A DNA stretch of 63,516 nt, the filler included, from Octopus bimaculoides (Eukaryota), in assembly GCF_001194135.2 (NCBI RefSeq). It is 5 parts of 5 records of this genome, joined end to end, with 100 filler letters (N's around TTAATTAATTAA, not from the genome) between each part and the next. Parts side by side here need not be neighbours in the genome. Positions count along the whole stretch, not along the records: positions 60,306 to 63,516 come from NW_026358079.1; 4 more parts are not named here. One strand, 5' to 3'. The translations under genes and the position numbers were made by a program. Below, in pieces: positions 63,086 to 63,516 of this stretch. Position 1 is the stretch's first letter; every line of letters begins with the position of its first letter. Below the pieces are notes generated by a model. That model saw only the letters and a list, made by a program, of their open reading frames with translations. It was not told where the DNA came from and made no database searches.

Positions 63086-63510
63086 TCTTTTAATTGTTTC
63101 AGTCATTTAGTCGAACAAATCGACCCCAGTTCTTATTCTTTGTAAGCCTAGTTCTTATTCTATCGGTCTCTTTTACCGAACCACTAATTTACGGGGACGT
63201 AAACACACCAACATCGGTTGTCAAGCGATGCTGGGGGTACAAACACAGATGAGCCCCAGGCTATAGTAGAAGACACTCATGTTTGAGGTGGTGCAACAGG
63301 ATGGCCACAGTCTAATGACTGAAACAAAAGAATAATATATATATATATACAACGGGATTCTTTCAGTTTCCATCTACCAAATTCACTCGCAAGCCTTTGG
63401 TTGGCCCAAGGTTATAGTAGAAGATTTTGTCCAAGGTGTCATGCATTGGTACTGAACCCGGAACCATGTGGTTGAGAAGCAAGCTTTTTACCACATGGCC
63501 ACTCTTGCAC
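63085..63510 (-). mobile_element. Two overlapping or nested SINE family A pieces
   Basis: Tail segments at 63085-63240 and 63295-63330 and head at 63350-63510. Confidence 0.75.
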
Positions 63511-63516
63511 ATATAT

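Overview
AT-rich, repeat-dense animal genomic DNA from a gapped draft scaffold. It is most likely cephalopod (Octopus-like); this is inferred from the SINE families and (TA)n/(CA)n/(TAA)n density, not proven. The one confident host gene is a + strand single-pass receptor tyrosine kinase. Six phase-compatible GT-AG exons (25918-37217) encode a TM helix, juxtamembrane region and kinase subdomains I-X with intact catalytic motifs, of the RET/FGFR/Torso/Cad96Ca-like type. Its ectodomain exons are only tentative and its last kinase exon is not visible. The rest is decayed mobile DNA: a cluster of R4/Dong-like RLE LINEs at (TAA)n tracts, Tx1/L1 and RTE fragments, an ORF1-only Tx1-like derivative, a Penelope-like element with an inverted 5' repeat and hammerhead-like remnants, mariner/maT/hAT MITEs, two convergent Helitron fragments, dozens of tRNA-derived SINEs and several long palindromes. 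No prokaryotic features or CRISPR arrays were found. I see no clearly new biological system; the best leads are the Penelope/hammerhead boundary, the palindromic insertions and the unassigned RTK. Repeat ends are approximate and were read by eye.
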